64,000 nt of DNA, from NCBI GenBank assembly GCA_965261395.1, contig OZ253462.1, forward strand, positions 928,001 through 992,000. The letters run 5' to 3'. Below the pieces are notes generated by a model. The model was not told the origin of the DNA. It saw only the letters and a list, made by a program, of their open reading frames with translations, and ran no database searches. Every line of letters starts with the position of its first letter. The stretch's first letter is position 1. Of the stretch, positions 47,633-57,398 are shown piece by piece. This stretch comes from Candidatus Latescibacterota bacterium (lineage in GTDB: Bacteria > Latescibacterota > UBA2968 > UBA8231). A program made the translations under genes and the position numbers.

Positions 47633-48697
47633 TTAATTCATGAACTTGTTAAAATCGATGTTGGGCTGACCCTGACGGGCATAATATGAGGAAAAACGCG
47701 CCACAACATCTTTCACGAAGGGCGGCGAGATTTGTATTTTAGGAGGCAGGTGAAATTTTTCCTTGAAGTGCCCAATTTCCAGCGAGGAGAGTTTTCTGAA
47801 GTTGAGAAACCCTCCTTCAAAGAAATCCGTCTCAGGAAGCCAGTGATGATAGGCGGAATTATTGTTCCCGAACGCTCGTTTCAACTGTCCTTTTTTGGAG
47901 TTACTCAGATTTGTATCATTAGACCACGAAAATAACTCCGTTATAGAATCAATCTCGACAACAAGAATCCTGTCAGTATTACGACTTCCATCTTCCCTGA
48001 CGGCAAGGTCGCAGGCCGGATTCAAGACAGCAAACCACTTGCCACTTTTCTTCTCTTTCACAATGCTGCCGGTCCGAATTTTTTTGGTAAGCGGTGGAAA
48101 CAAATAGACCTCTTCGGGAAAGCAACTATCTTCGTCATCGTCAAGAAGCTGGATCAGATGATTCAGTGTGTGCCGAAGAAGGGCCTTTTCGGTTCTGGAA
48201 GAATCAATCTTGCCGTATTTTATCCATATATCTTTTTGTACAAGAAGATTCTTTCGGAACACTTTGTTTAAGGTTTTTTCGATAATGCCCCTGCCCCCCA
48301 TAATACGAGTCAGCCCGGTGTTATAAATATCCCAGAATCCATCCAATAAATCATCGTACCCTGCTCCAGAATCCCCTTTTTTAAAAACTTTTATATGTGT
48401 AAAATCTGTGTCGACAGGATTAGGGGTTCCGGTAAGAATGAAGACCGGAATTCGAAAATGTGATTCTTCGATTTCATATATAACCTGATTGCCTTCGTCA
48501 CCCTGATTTCCAAGCTTCAGGTCAATAATTGCACCGTCGAAAGAATTATCGAGCTTTCCCAGAGCTTCTTCGACGTTTTTGCATTCGACAAGGTCGACTT
48601 TCCGACCCGTTTGATCTTCATACCGGGCGACAGTAGCCTTGCAAGTATTAAGATCCCGTTCATCGTCCTCAACAATAAGCAGTCGCAATTCACTCAC
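47633..48697 (-). CDS. Response-regulator receiver domain fused to an uncharacterised C-terminal effector domain
   Basis: REC motifs IVEDD, IIDL (phospho-Asp) and ILTG. C-terminal TGSI...NPACDL...SYYARQGQP. Confidence 0.78.
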   Translation of the reverse strand: MSELRLLIVEDDERDLNTCKATVARYEDQTGRKVDLVECKNVEEALGKLDNSFDGAIIDLKLGNQGDEGNQVIYEIEESHFRIPVFILTGTPNPVDTDFTHIKVFKKGDSGAGYDDLLDGFWDIYNTGLTRIMGGRGIIEKTLNKVFRKNLLVQKDIWIKYGKIDSSRTEKALLRHTLNHLIQLLDDDEDSCFPEEVYLFPPLTKKIRTGSIVKEKKSGKWFAVLNPACDLAVREDGSRNTDRILVVEIDSITELFSWSNDTNLSNSKKGQLKRAFGNNNSAYHHWLPETDFFEGGFLNFRKLSSLEIGHFKEKFHLPPKIQISPPFVKDVVARFSSYYARQGQPNIDFNKFMN

Positions 48698-50850
48698 TCC
48701 TCATCCCCCGTTCTCGGTTGCAGTCTAAACCAAGCTCCCTGTTCAGATTCAAAGGCTTTCAGTTCAAGACCGTTCCGAGCGGCGGCTTCACCCGCGATTG
48801 CCAGTCCTAGCCCTGTACCGAATGGTTTAGTGGAAAACTCGGGTTCAAAAATCACTTCGCTTCCAATGAGTTCTGGTTCAATCCCCGGCCCGGTGTCGTG
48901 ATAATCAACATAAAGCAGAGAGCTACCGTCCGTTACAAGCTTAATAATGATTTTCCGATTGGATGTTTTCTTCTCGTTCATCCAATACAGGCTGTTGTCC
49001 ACGAGATTTGTGAAAATCGCATAAATATCCTGACGCCAAGAAGAAAATCTGAAGTCTTTAGGTCCTATAATTTCAGCTACTACCTTCTGAGACTTCATTT
49101 CTTGTGCGAAGACGGCAAGCACATTTGTTACTTCTTCCTTTAGTACAAGAGGTTTTTTTGCAGATCGTCTTCCGGCTGCCAAAGGATCAAGCCTTCTAAA
49201 GAGTTTCACAAAGACCTCTGCATTCTGACCGATACCCTCGGCAATCGGCATGAATTTTTCAAGTCTCTCCGAATTCCTAGTTTTCTGAAATGATTCGTAC
49301 CAATACTGGAGGTTTGGTATCTGGTTTCGGAAGTAATTGAGCGGTCGTCTACCTTCATGGAGGACTACGTTAATGATTTTCCCTAGGGTAGCCTGACCCT
49401 GATAAACAGCGACGGCTTGGCGAATTCCATCGGTAATTTTATTTTTTTCTTCCTCTTCCCGATTGATGATATCAATAATCGTATCGGATGTTTTTCGGTC
49501 AATTTCAGAACTGGTAAGTTTTGCTAAGACATCCCTTTTCAGTTCATCGAATGAAAAGAGCCGTTCCAACTCACGTTCGACTTTGATAACAGGCCTGCTC
49601 AAACCGGCCTTTCTTCTGTAATTGAACCGTCGTGTTTCGAGTTCGGCGATGACCTTCGTGGTGATTTCTTTCAGCCGACTAAAGGCCGTATTTTCTCTCA
49701 GTCCATCTCTTGCGCTTTTCTCGATCAGATGGGATAGCTCTTCCGACTGAATTTGTACATATCCGATTGCTTGGTTACTGCCGATCCGGAGCGATGGATT
49801 CTGGACACGCTGCTCGTTTAGTTTCAGCCAGTCAAAGTCGGGATCGCCCAGCGGCCGGATACGGAACCCGTTTAGGTAAACACCGATGCCGTTGGATTCA
49901 TTAAGAAGCTGCCTAGCTTGGAGTTTTCCGACATAGTTGCCAGATTCATCCTTGAGACCGCGTCCTATCAAAGAATCAATAGCATCTTTATCACGGTCGT
50001 ACACCCGGATATCTATGTCGAGTTCACCGCAATCGGTAGGTCCGCTGGCGTCGAACTGGATAATCTCTTCGATGGTGTTGCGGGCTTTCTGCGATGAATA
50101 CGTCAAAGTGCCTTTTCCGTCGGTGCTGATTTTGCCGGCTATCTTGTAATCAAAAAGATCGAAGATGAGAAACGGCTCGATAGTTTCAGCGACGTCCTCT
50201 ACATCGGGAAAGCCATTAACCGTCAGGTTTATACGGAAGTCATCATCTCTAAGAGCAGCACTCACAGGCGATTTTAGCTTTTTCAGTTCAAACCGGAGCT
50301 TGTCGAATTGTTTCTGGTTCCATTCGGCAAAAAGTTCATCATCTCCGGTCATAGTCAGTTGGGTACCCGGCGGTTCGGATACCTCAGCAGTTTCAATGAG
50401 GATTTCCACCTCATCCAGATATTCGGCATCCTCGAAATTCCCCCACTTGACATAGACCGTTGTTTTCTCGCCTTCAGCGGTGACTGTTTCGAGAAGCAGG
50501 TCTATGCCGAGAATGGATGCGGCATAACGCCCCACTCCTTTACGTCCTTGCATAATTCTTCCAGAAGGACTTTTGCGTCTGTCGAATTTGTCTCGGGTTG
50601 ACGGCACCATCCACTTGTTAATGACGGTGTCTCTGGACATGCCGTGACCATGGTCGGAGATGATGATGGAATAGCCGCTGTGGTCAGGGGCTACCATAAA
50701 ATTGATATTTACATCAGGAGAATCGGCGTCATAAGCGTTCTTCACCAGTTCCATGACCGCCGCATAGGCATCCTGAATCAGGTCTCGGCCGATGGTTAGG
50801 ATATGCCGACCTGACGGTCTTATCTTGTATGTTCCAGTTGCGTTCACCAC
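48694..50850 (-). CDS. MORC-type GHKL ATPase fused to histidine kinase
   Basis: N-terminal ELVKNAYDA, DHGHGM, GRKGVGR, GT and an S5-like GVYLNGFRI. C-terminal H-box LHEGRRPL, NLVDNS, DTGPGI, FSTK and GTGLGLAI. Confidence 0.85.
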   Translation of the reverse strand: MVNATGTYKIRPSGRHILTIGRDLIQDAYAAVMELVKNAYDADSPDVNINFMVAPDHSGYSIIISDHGHGMSRDTVINKWMVPSTRDKFDRRKSPSGRIMQGRKGVGRYAASILGIDLLLETVTAEGEKTTVYVKWGNFEDAEYLDEVEILIETAEVSEPPGTQLTMTGDDELFAEWNQKQFDKLRFELKKLKSPVSAALRDDDFRINLTVNGFPDVEDVAETIEPFLIFDLFDYKIAGKISTDGKGTLTYSSQKARNTIEEIIQFDASGPTDCGELDIDIRVYDRDKDAIDSLIGRGLKDESGNYVGKLQARQLLNESNGIGVYLNGFRIRPLGDPDFDWLKLNEQRVQNPSLRIGSNQAIGYVQIQSEELSHLIEKSARDGLRENTAFSRLKEITTKVIAELETRRFNYRRKAGLSRPVIKVERELERLFSFDELKRDVLAKLTSSEIDRKTSDTIIDIINREEEEKNKITDGIRQAVAVYQGQATLGKIINVVLHEGRRPLNYFRNQIPNLQYWYESFQKTRNSERLEKFMPIAEGIGQNAEVFVKLFRRLDPLAAGRRSAKKPLVLKEEVTNVLAVFAQEMKSQKVVAEIIGPKDFRFSSWRQDIYAIFTNLVDNSLYWMNEKKTSNRKIIIKLVTDGSSLLYVDYHDTGPGIEPELIGSEVIFEPEFSTKPFGTGLGLAIAGEAAARNGLELKAFESEQGAWFRLQPRTGDEE

Positions 50851-50868
50851 CAGACCTCTTTCAGCATA

Positions 50869-51648
50869 TCAGCGATTTTCCATGAATATATTTTGACGGT
50901 GATATGCAAGAAAGTCCTCCTGTGGCTGAAACTTATCAGGTAAAGCTATCGATTTTCCATCATAGCTTTTTAAAGCAGTCACAAAAAACTTATCTCCCAC
51001 ACTAAATTCCTTCTGTGATACCCGAACAGTCATATCATCATGTATCGTGATCATTCCAAGATCAAACGCCTTGTCGTGGAGTATTGACAAGGCCAACCCA
51101 TTACTTGGGTTGAGTCTATTCGCCGGATCATCACGCCACGGTACGATATGACTGGCTACCAAAAGTTTCGGAATGGCAAGTCCAGTGATACAGCATCTAT
51201 ATGTATAAGCACTCAGCACCGACTTCCTGAAAAAACTCTGGCCAATCCGTGTTTTGGTTAGAACAATCTTATCCTTACCAGTGTAATCTTGGTATTCAGA
51301 TGCGCTTTCATTGTCCGAATCGTACGACTCACTGCCTCGCAGAATAGAATTGATAGTGTCTTCTGAATTTATTGCAAAATTCTCCCAATCATTTTTCATT
51401 TCTTTCCACATTTCTCTATCCGCATTAGATGCACCCGACAACCCTTTGCGACCAGTCGAGGTTATCGCCGGATCAAGGCTTGCAATATTCGTTAATTTCA
51501 TTGCCAATGAGTTCGGCGTTCTACCAATGAGTTCGGCAATCTTAATAATCTCTGGATTTCGTGCATGTAATTTGCCGAATGGCATTTGACAGTAAAGTCC
51601 AAACGCTACAAGCAACTCCTGTCGTGTCCATCTTTTTCTGTTAGACAT
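50869..51648 (-). CDS. HNH endonuclease (McrA-like putative restriction endonuclease)
   Basis: RIGQSFFRKSVLSAY..CCITG, ASHIVPW and NGLALSILHDKAFD motifs. N-terminal WTRQEL helical domain. Confidence 0.85.
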   Translation of the reverse strand: MSNRKRWTRQELLVAFGLYCQMPFGKLHARNPEIIKIAELIGRTPNSLAMKLTNIASLDPAITSTGRKGLSGASNADREMWKEMKNDWENFAINSEDTINSILRGSESYDSDNESASEYQDYTGKDKIVLTKTRIGQSFFRKSVLSAYTYRCCITGLAIPKLLVASHIVPWRDDPANRLNPSNGLALSILHDKAFDLGMITIHDDMTVRVSQKEFSVGDKFFVTALKSYDGKSIALPDKFQPQEDFLAYHRQNIFMENR

Positions 51649-51650
51649 TG

Positions 51651-51941
51651 CTATCCCTGCGACTTGCTTGATTTACTTCTTCTAAAATAGGAGAGCATAT
51701 TTCTCGACACTTCCGCTTCGTAGAAGTCTGGATGCCTCAGTTTTCCATTCAGATAGTCTGCATACAGTTCTATCCGGTTACGATTCTTCAACCAGTGGTA
51801 TGCCATCCGGGTGCGTAAAGTAAAACATGCCGCTTTATTTGACTCAATGTGTGCGACAGGCTCGAATCCCGCTTGGATGAATCCTTCGGACAGCCCTCCA
51901 GCCCCGGCGAAAAGGTCCAGAAATTTTAGGCTCCCGTTCAT
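51651..51941 (-). pseudogene. Truncated/internally deleted C5-cytosine DNA methyltransferase
   Basis: Motif I DLFAGAGGLSEG and motif II IE are present. Only 96 aa, with no PCQ catalytic motif or ENV. Confidence 0.8.
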
Positions 51942-52109
51942 GCTGTGGTTTCCGTTTTCCCTTTAGTTGTTCTCAAGAGGAGAGTCATCGACTCCAATAT
52001 AATAAATCTATTCCATTCGTGACGCCGAGCCTATCAAGTGTGTCGAGCGATTCACAGTACGCTCTGACGGGCTTGTACATGGATTTGAGGTTGAGCGGTT
52101 GCCGGCTCT

Positions 52110-53282
52110 CTATAACAGTCTATCGGCATCGACGTCCACCGAGTAGTCGATGCCCGCAAAGCCAAAGCCGAAAAGCCCCAGAAATTCCGCGCGATAGCTC
52201 TCGATATCCGACAGGGCTTCGAGGTTGTCGGTGTTGACTTGCTCCCACAGCGCAGCGACTTCCCGCTGCACGTCTTCGCGCATTTCCCGGTCGTCGATGC
52301 GAATGCGCCCCTCGGCGTCGGTGGGGGCCTCTGCATAGAGACAGCCGGCGAAGAGGCGGTGCATCTGCTCGATGCAGCTTTCGTGGCAGCCTTTTTCCTT
52401 CATCACTTTGTAGAGCAGCGAGATGTAGAGCGGCACGACGGGGATGGCGGCACTCGATTGGGTCACCATGGCCTTGTTGACGGAGATGTGGGCACGGCCG
52501 CTTCTCGCTTGCAGAAATTCGTCGAGCGCCTTGGCCGTCTTTTCCAGATGATTCTTGGCCTGGCCGATGGTCCCGTCGCGATAGACCGGGTGGGTAATTT
52601 CAGGGCCGATGTAGGTATAGGCGACGGTGCGAACGCCGTCGGCGAGCACACCCGCTTTGTCGAGTGCTTCGATCCACATCTGCCAGTCTTCCCCGCCCAT
52701 GACCGCGATGGTGTGGGCGATCTCTTCTTCGCTCGCCGGGTCGATGGCGATGTCGGAAACCTCGCCGGTCTGGACGTGGACGGTCTTGTTGGTATAGGTG
52801 CTGCCGATGGGCTTGAGGACGGAGCTAAAATTTTCGTCGGTGCGCGGATGAGTTCGCCGCGGCGAAGCTAAGCTGTAAACGACCAAATCGACTTCTTGCA
52901 GGTCCTCGCGGATGGCGGCGATTGTCTCGGCCTTGATCTCGTCGGAGAAGGCATCGCCGTTGATGCTACGGGCGTAGTAGCCGTCGTTGCGTGCAGCCTC
53001 GTGAAAAGCCGCGCTATTGTACCATCCGGCCGTTGCCGTGCGCTTGCCGGCTGCTGGCCGCTCGAAGAAGACTCCGAGCGTGGCCGCACCCGCGCCAAAG
53101 CAGGTGGCGATGCGCGACGCCAGCCCATAGCCGGTCGAAGCGCCGACGACGAGGACTTTCTTGGGGCCGTCAAAGGGGGGTTGGCGTTTGACCCAATCGA
53201 TCTGGTCTTGGACCGCACGGGCGCAGCCGTTGGGATGGGCCGTAGTGCATATAAAGCCGCGAACTTTGGGTTGGATGATCAT
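52110..53282 (-). CDS. fabV: Enoyl-ACP/trans-2-enoyl-CoA reductase FabV
   Basis: MIIQPKVRGFICTTAHP, GASTGYG, INGDAFS, YSLASP, VMGGEDW and Y..GTIG.AK motifs. Confidence 0.93.
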   Translation of the reverse strand: MIIQPKVRGFICTTAHPNGCARAVQDQIDWVKRQPPFDGPKKVLVVGASTGYGLASRIATCFGAGAATLGVFFERPAAGKRTATAGWYNSAAFHEAARNDGYYARSINGDAFSDEIKAETIAAIREDLQEVDLVVYSLASPRRTHPRTDENFSSVLKPIGSTYTNKTVHVQTGEVSDIAIDPASEEEIAHTIAVMGGEDWQMWIEALDKAGVLADGVRTVAYTYIGPEITHPVYRDGTIGQAKNHLEKTAKALDEFLQARSGRAHISVNKAMVTQSSAAIPVVPLYISLLYKVMKEKGCHESCIEQMHRLFAGCLYAEAPTDAEGRIRIDDREMREDVQREVAALWEQVNTDNLEALSDIESYRAEFLGLFGFGFAGIDYSVDVDADRLL

Positions 53283-53435
53283 GGGATTCCCTTGGGTTAA
53301 GCAAATTATTGAATAATGACTCGGGCTGCTGTCGGCGCAAATAATCCGCTTGGCTGCCCTGTTTTGGCAAAATAGTTATACTTGCCGTTTAAGCAACTGC
53401 CGCTGCCAAACTCAGCCATTGCAAAGAAGGCGAAC

Positions 53436-54221
53436 ATGAATATAGGCCGACTCGGTCTTTTGCTCGTGCCGCAGATGCTTTGCGCGGCCCCAAGTGCGGC
53501 GCAAGACACAGCACCTGCGGCGCAGGCCCTATTGGAACAGTTCGATGATATGTACCGCTCTACGGGCACGGCGGCGCGGATCGAGATTAAGATCGAACGC
53601 CCGAAAAAGGTGCGGACGATGCAGATGCGCTCTTGGAGCCAAGGCGAAGACAAGGCGCTGGTGGTCATTGACGCGCCCGCCCGCGACGCGGGCACAGCCA
53701 CGCTCCGGGTCGGCAGTAATCTGTGGAACTATCTGCCCAAAATCTCGCGCACGATCCGCGTACCTCCCGCGCTGATGATGGGCGCGTGGATGGGCAGCGA
53801 CCTGACCAACGACGACTTAGTGCGCGAGTCGTCATACGCCCACGACTACGAGATCACAGGGGTCGGCCCGAGCGAAGAGCCACCCGGCTGGCAGGTAAGT
53901 ACCGAGGCCAAGCCCGAGGTGCCGGGTTTGTGGGAGCGGGTGGAGATCGTCTTTGCGTCGCCAATGCTGGCGACGGACAGCACGCATGCAGAGCAGCTAC
54001 CCATACTCGTGCGCTACTACGACCGCAAGGGGCGGCTCTCGCGCACGATGCAGCTCGAAGAGATCAAAAAGATGGGGGACCGGCTGATACCCTCCCGGAT
54101 TGTGATCTCGCCCGAGCGCGAGGAGGGCCGGCGCACGGTATTGACCTATTTACACGTGGAATTCGACGTCGAGCTGGACGAGAGCCTCTTTAGCTTGGCG
54201 CAGTTGGAGCGCAGGCGCTAG
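53436..54221 (+). CDS. Outer-membrane lipoprotein-sorting (LolA-like) protein
   Basis: Signal peptide; APARDAGTATL, WNYLP and WMGSDLTNDDL motifs. Confidence 0.82.
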   Translation: MNIGRLGLLLVPQMLCAAPSAAQDTAPAAQALLEQFDDMYRSTGTAARIEIKIERPKKVRTMQMRSWSQGEDKALVVIDAPARDAGTATLRVGSNLWNYLPKISRTIRVPPALMMGAWMGSDLTNDDLVRESSYAHDYEITGVGPSEEPPGWQVSTEAKPEVPGLWERVEIVFASPMLATDSTHAEQLPILVRYYDRKGRLSRTMQLEEIKKMGDRLIPSRIVISPEREEGRRTVLTYLHVEFDVELDESLFSLAQLERRR

Positions 54222-55460
54222 ATGGCCGAAAACAGCACGTTGCGCCTAGCTTGGCGCGGCTTGGGTCGCAACCGCAAGCGCTCGGCCTTGGCGATAGCGG
54301 CGATAGGGCTGGGGCAGTTTGCCTTCTTGGCCACGGCTGGGATCATGCGAGGCTATGCCGACCATTACTTCGATTCGGTGACCGGCCCTTTGGTGGGGCA
54401 CGTGCAGATCGTGGCACCGGGCTGGCGCGAGGAGCGAGCCGTCGATCAGACGCTGGACAACGTCGAGGCCATGCTAGCGGCGATTCGGGGGCAGTCGCAA
54501 GTGGAGCGGGCCGTGCCGAGGATTTACGCGCCAGTGTTGGCCGCGCTGGAAGAGGAAGGTTTTGTGGGGATGGTCGTCGGCACCGATCCGGCACTAGAGG
54601 GGGTCGCGGACGGCCTGTTGGGCAGCGAAGAGCTGGCCGGCCTATTGGGAGACGGCCGAGTGCTGGTGGGGAGGGGCTTGGCGCGGCAGCACGGGATTGA
54701 GGCCGGTGCCGAGTTGGCCGTGGTGGGCCAAGACATTGACGGCTCCATTGCCAGCGCGCTATACGAGGTCGCGGCGGTCGTCGAATCGCCGGTCGAGCTC
54801 GTCAACAGCACCGGAATCGTCGCCGGGCTACAAGACGCGCGGGAGCTTTTGAGGATGGATGACCAAGCGCACGAGATTGTCGTCCGCTTGCACGAGGCCG
54901 AGCAGCTAGATCAGGCCGCCGCCGCGCTCGGCGCGCAGCCCGCCCTGCAAGGGGCGGAAATCAAGCGCTGGCACGAGGTCGTACCGCAGCTAGCCGGGAT
55001 CATCCGAATGATGGACATGTATTCGCTCGTAGTTTTGGGGATCGTCTGCTTGGCGTCCATAGCCGGCATTGCCAATACCATGATGATGTCCACCTTTGAG
55101 CGCCGCCGCGAGTTGGGGATGTTGTTGGCGCTGGGCGCGAATCCGGGCCGACTCTTTCGGATGGTGGCGACCGAGGCCGTGCTGTTGGGTGCGTTGGGGG
55201 TGTTGCTGGGAACTGCGCTGGGCGCGTGTTTTGCGGCATTGACGGCTGGATCGGGCTTTGACCTCGCCGAGTTGGGCGGTGAGGAGTCGTTTGAAATGGG
55301 CTTCCAAGGCGTGCAGATCGCCTCGCGGGTCTATCCCGAAATGCGCGGAGCCGACGTATTGGTCGGCGTGTCGGCCGTGCTGGTGACGGCCCTTTCCGCC
55401 TGCGTCTGGCCGCTGCTGCACGTCGCGCGGCTGGAGCCGGTGGAGGCCATGCGGACATGA
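54222..55460 (+). CDS. FtsX/MacB/LolC-type ABC permease
   Basis: LAWRGLGRNRKRS, GHVQI and ERRRELGMLLALG motifs; 4 TM segments. Confidence 0.88.
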   Translation: MAENSTLRLAWRGLGRNRKRSALAIAAIGLGQFAFLATAGIMRGYADHYFDSVTGPLVGHVQIVAPGWREERAVDQTLDNVEAMLAAIRGQSQVERAVPRIYAPVLAALEEEGFVGMVVGTDPALEGVADGLLGSEELAGLLGDGRVLVGRGLARQHGIEAGAELAVVGQDIDGSIASALYEVAAVVESPVELVNSTGIVAGLQDARELLRMDDQAHEIVVRLHEAEQLDQAAAALGAQPALQGAEIKRWHEVVPQLAGIIRMMDMYSLVVLGIVCLASIAGIANTMMMSTFERRRELGMLLALGANPGRLFRMVATEAVLLGALGVLLGTALGACFAALTAGSGFDLAELGGEESFEMGFQGVQIASRVYPEMRGADVLVGVSAVLVTALSACVWPLLHVARLEPVEAMRT

Positions 55461-56695
55461 GCGGCAATTTGTCGCTTCAATACGCCTTGCGCTCGCTGGG
55501 GCGCAGTCGCCGCCGGACGAGCCTGTCCGTCTTGGGCGTGGGGCTAGGGTGCGCCATTGCGCTCTTTGCCACGGCCTTTATGCGCGGCGGCGAGAACATG
55601 CGGGTGCATGCCATTGCCGAGAGCGGATACGGCCACCTGCGGATCGCGCCCAAAGGCTGGGAGCAGAGTCGGCGCGACGATCTGCGCTTGCAGGACTCGG
55701 CGGCCGCGCTCGCAGCCGCGCGCGGCCTCGAAGGCGTAGCCGTAGTGGCCGCCCACGTGCGGGTGCAGGGCCTGTTGGCCTTTGGCACGCGGGTGGCCGG
55801 CGTCCAGCTTTTGGGCGTGGATCCAGCCGCTGAGCCGCGGCTCAACAGACTGGTGCGCACCATCGACGAGGGGCGTTACTTGCAAGCCGGCGACGAAGGC
55901 GCAGTGGTCGTCGGCAAGGCCCTCGTCGAGCGCTTGGACGTAGAGTTGGGGGACGATTTGTTGTTGACGCTGACAAGCGCCGACGGGGAGATGGAGTACG
56001 CGATGTTGCGGATCGTCGGGATCGTATCTACTGGCAGCCGCACGATTGACGAGACCATCTGCCACGCGATGCTCGCCGATGTCGAGAAAATGACGGGCTT
56101 GCAGGGCGTGGCCGAGGTGTCGGTAGCCTTTGCAGACCCGCAACAGGTGGCGGCGCTCTCAGCCGAGCTGGCGCAGCGAGTACAGGGCGACGAAGTGCTC
56201 TCTTGGCGCGAGATCCTGCCGGCGATGAGCGGCGACGCGGCGGCCGACCAAGCCTTTTCCAGCTTTTTTATTGTGGTCGTAGCCGCGGTGGTAATTTTGG
56301 GCGTGACGAGCGCCCAACTGACGGCCATGCTGGAAAGGAGGCGCGAATTTGCCGTGCTAATGGCGCTGGGACTCAGGGAATTCAAGCTGGTGGGATTGGT
56401 GCTTTTCGAGGCCGTGTTCATGGGCGCGTTCGGTGCGCTCTTGGGCCTGTTGCTGGCGTTGCCGCTCGTTTGGCACACGGCGACGGCGGGGGTTGATTTT
56501 TCCGCGATGATGGGAGACGATATGACGGTCATGGGGGTCTTCTTCGACCCGATAATCTACGCGGACATGGGGCTGTGGATGCTGCCCTACGCCTTTGGCT
56601 TGGGGCTTTGTGCGACGCTTTTGGCCGCGCTTTATCCGGCTTGGTCTGCCACGCGCTTGGATCCGGCGGCAGCCTTGAGCCAGCGGGATGCGTGA
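55457..56695 (+). CDS. FtsX/MacB/LolE-type ABC permease
   Basis: Paralogous layout to the previous permease; ERRREFAVLMALG and LYPA motifs. Confidence 0.88.
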   Translation: MSGNLSLQYALRSLGRSRRRTSLSVLGVGLGCAIALFATAFMRGGENMRVHAIAESGYGHLRIAPKGWEQSRRDDLRLQDSAAALAAARGLEGVAVVAAHVRVQGLLAFGTRVAGVQLLGVDPAAEPRLNRLVRTIDEGRYLQAGDEGAVVVGKALVERLDVELGDDLLLTLTSADGEMEYAMLRIVGIVSTGSRTIDETICHAMLADVEKMTGLQGVAEVSVAFADPQQVAALSAELAQRVQGDEVLSWREILPAMSGDAAADQAFSSFFIVVVAAVVILGVTSAQLTAMLERRREFAVLMALGLREFKLVGLVLFEAVFMGAFGALLGLLLALPLVWHTATAGVDFSAMMGDDMTVMGVFFDPIIYADMGLWMLPYAFGLGLCATLLAALYPAWSATRLDPAAALSQRDA

Positions 56696-57398
56696 TATGG
56701 ACGAGGTGCTAGTAGCCGCTCAAGGCGTGAAAAAGGTATTCCGGGCGGGCGATATTGCCGTGGAAGCCCTGCGCGGAATCGACCTCGAAATCGGCAGCGG
56801 GGAGTTTATGGCCATCGTCGGGCCGAGCGGCAGCGGCAAGACGACGCTGCTCAATCTAATCGGCGCGCTCGACGTGCCCACCAGCGGGCGCATTACGGTC
56901 TTTGGCCGCGACTTGGGGCCGCTGAGTCGCAGCGAGCGGGCCGAATTGCGGCTTCGATCTTTAGGCTTTGTGTTCCAAGCCTACAACTTGGTGCCGGTGT
57001 TGACGGTGCGCGAAAACGTGGAGTTTGTGCTAGAGTTGCAGGGCATGGACCCCAAAAAGCGTCGGGCGCGAGCAGAGGAGACGCTGGCTGAACTGGGGCT
57101 AAGCGAGCTCGCCCACCGGCGGCCCAGCCAGATGTCGGGCGGCCAGCAGCAGCGGGTGGCCGTGTCGCGGGCCGTAGCTTCGCGGCCGGGCTTGGTGCTC
57201 GCCGACGAGCCGACGGCCAACCTCGACAGCGACAACGCGCAGGCTCTCTTGCAGATGATGCGGCGGCTCCGCGACGAGATGGGCATGACCTTTGTCTTTT
57301 CGACGCACGACCCCTTGGTGGTTTCTTATGCCTCGCGGGTGGTTACTTTGCGCGATGGCGAGGTGCTGAGCGACGAACGCAAGGGGGCATGCGACTGA
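56688..57398 (+). CDS. LolD/MacB-type ABC ATPase
   Basis: GPSGSGKT, GFVFQ, MSGGQQQRV, ADEPTANLD and STH motifs. Confidence 0.92.
   Translation: MRDMDEVLVAAQGVKKVFRAGDIAVEALRGIDLEIGSGEFMAIVGPSGSGKTTLLNLIGALDVPTSGRITVFGRDLGPLSRSERAELRLRSLGFVFQAYNLVPVLTVRENVEFVLELQGMDPKKRRARAEETLAELGLSELAHRRPSQMSGGQQQRVAVSRAVASRPGLVLADEPTANLDSDNAQALLQMMRRLRDEMGMTFVFSTHDPLVVSYASRVVTLRDGEVLSDERKGACD

Larger units (their letters stand above)
47633..52020 (-). other. Low-GC restriction/defence island inserted between fabV and DUF481
   Basis: Sharp drop to about 42-46% GC by eye. Four co-oriented, tightly coupled genes. No integrase. Confidence 0.8.

Noticed and set aside
43919-52054. 12-bp direct repeat TCGAGCGATTCA (43919 and 52043) as att sites
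   Set aside because: The left copy is about 3.7 kb outside the low-GC island, and there is no integrase or tRNA. Probably chance.
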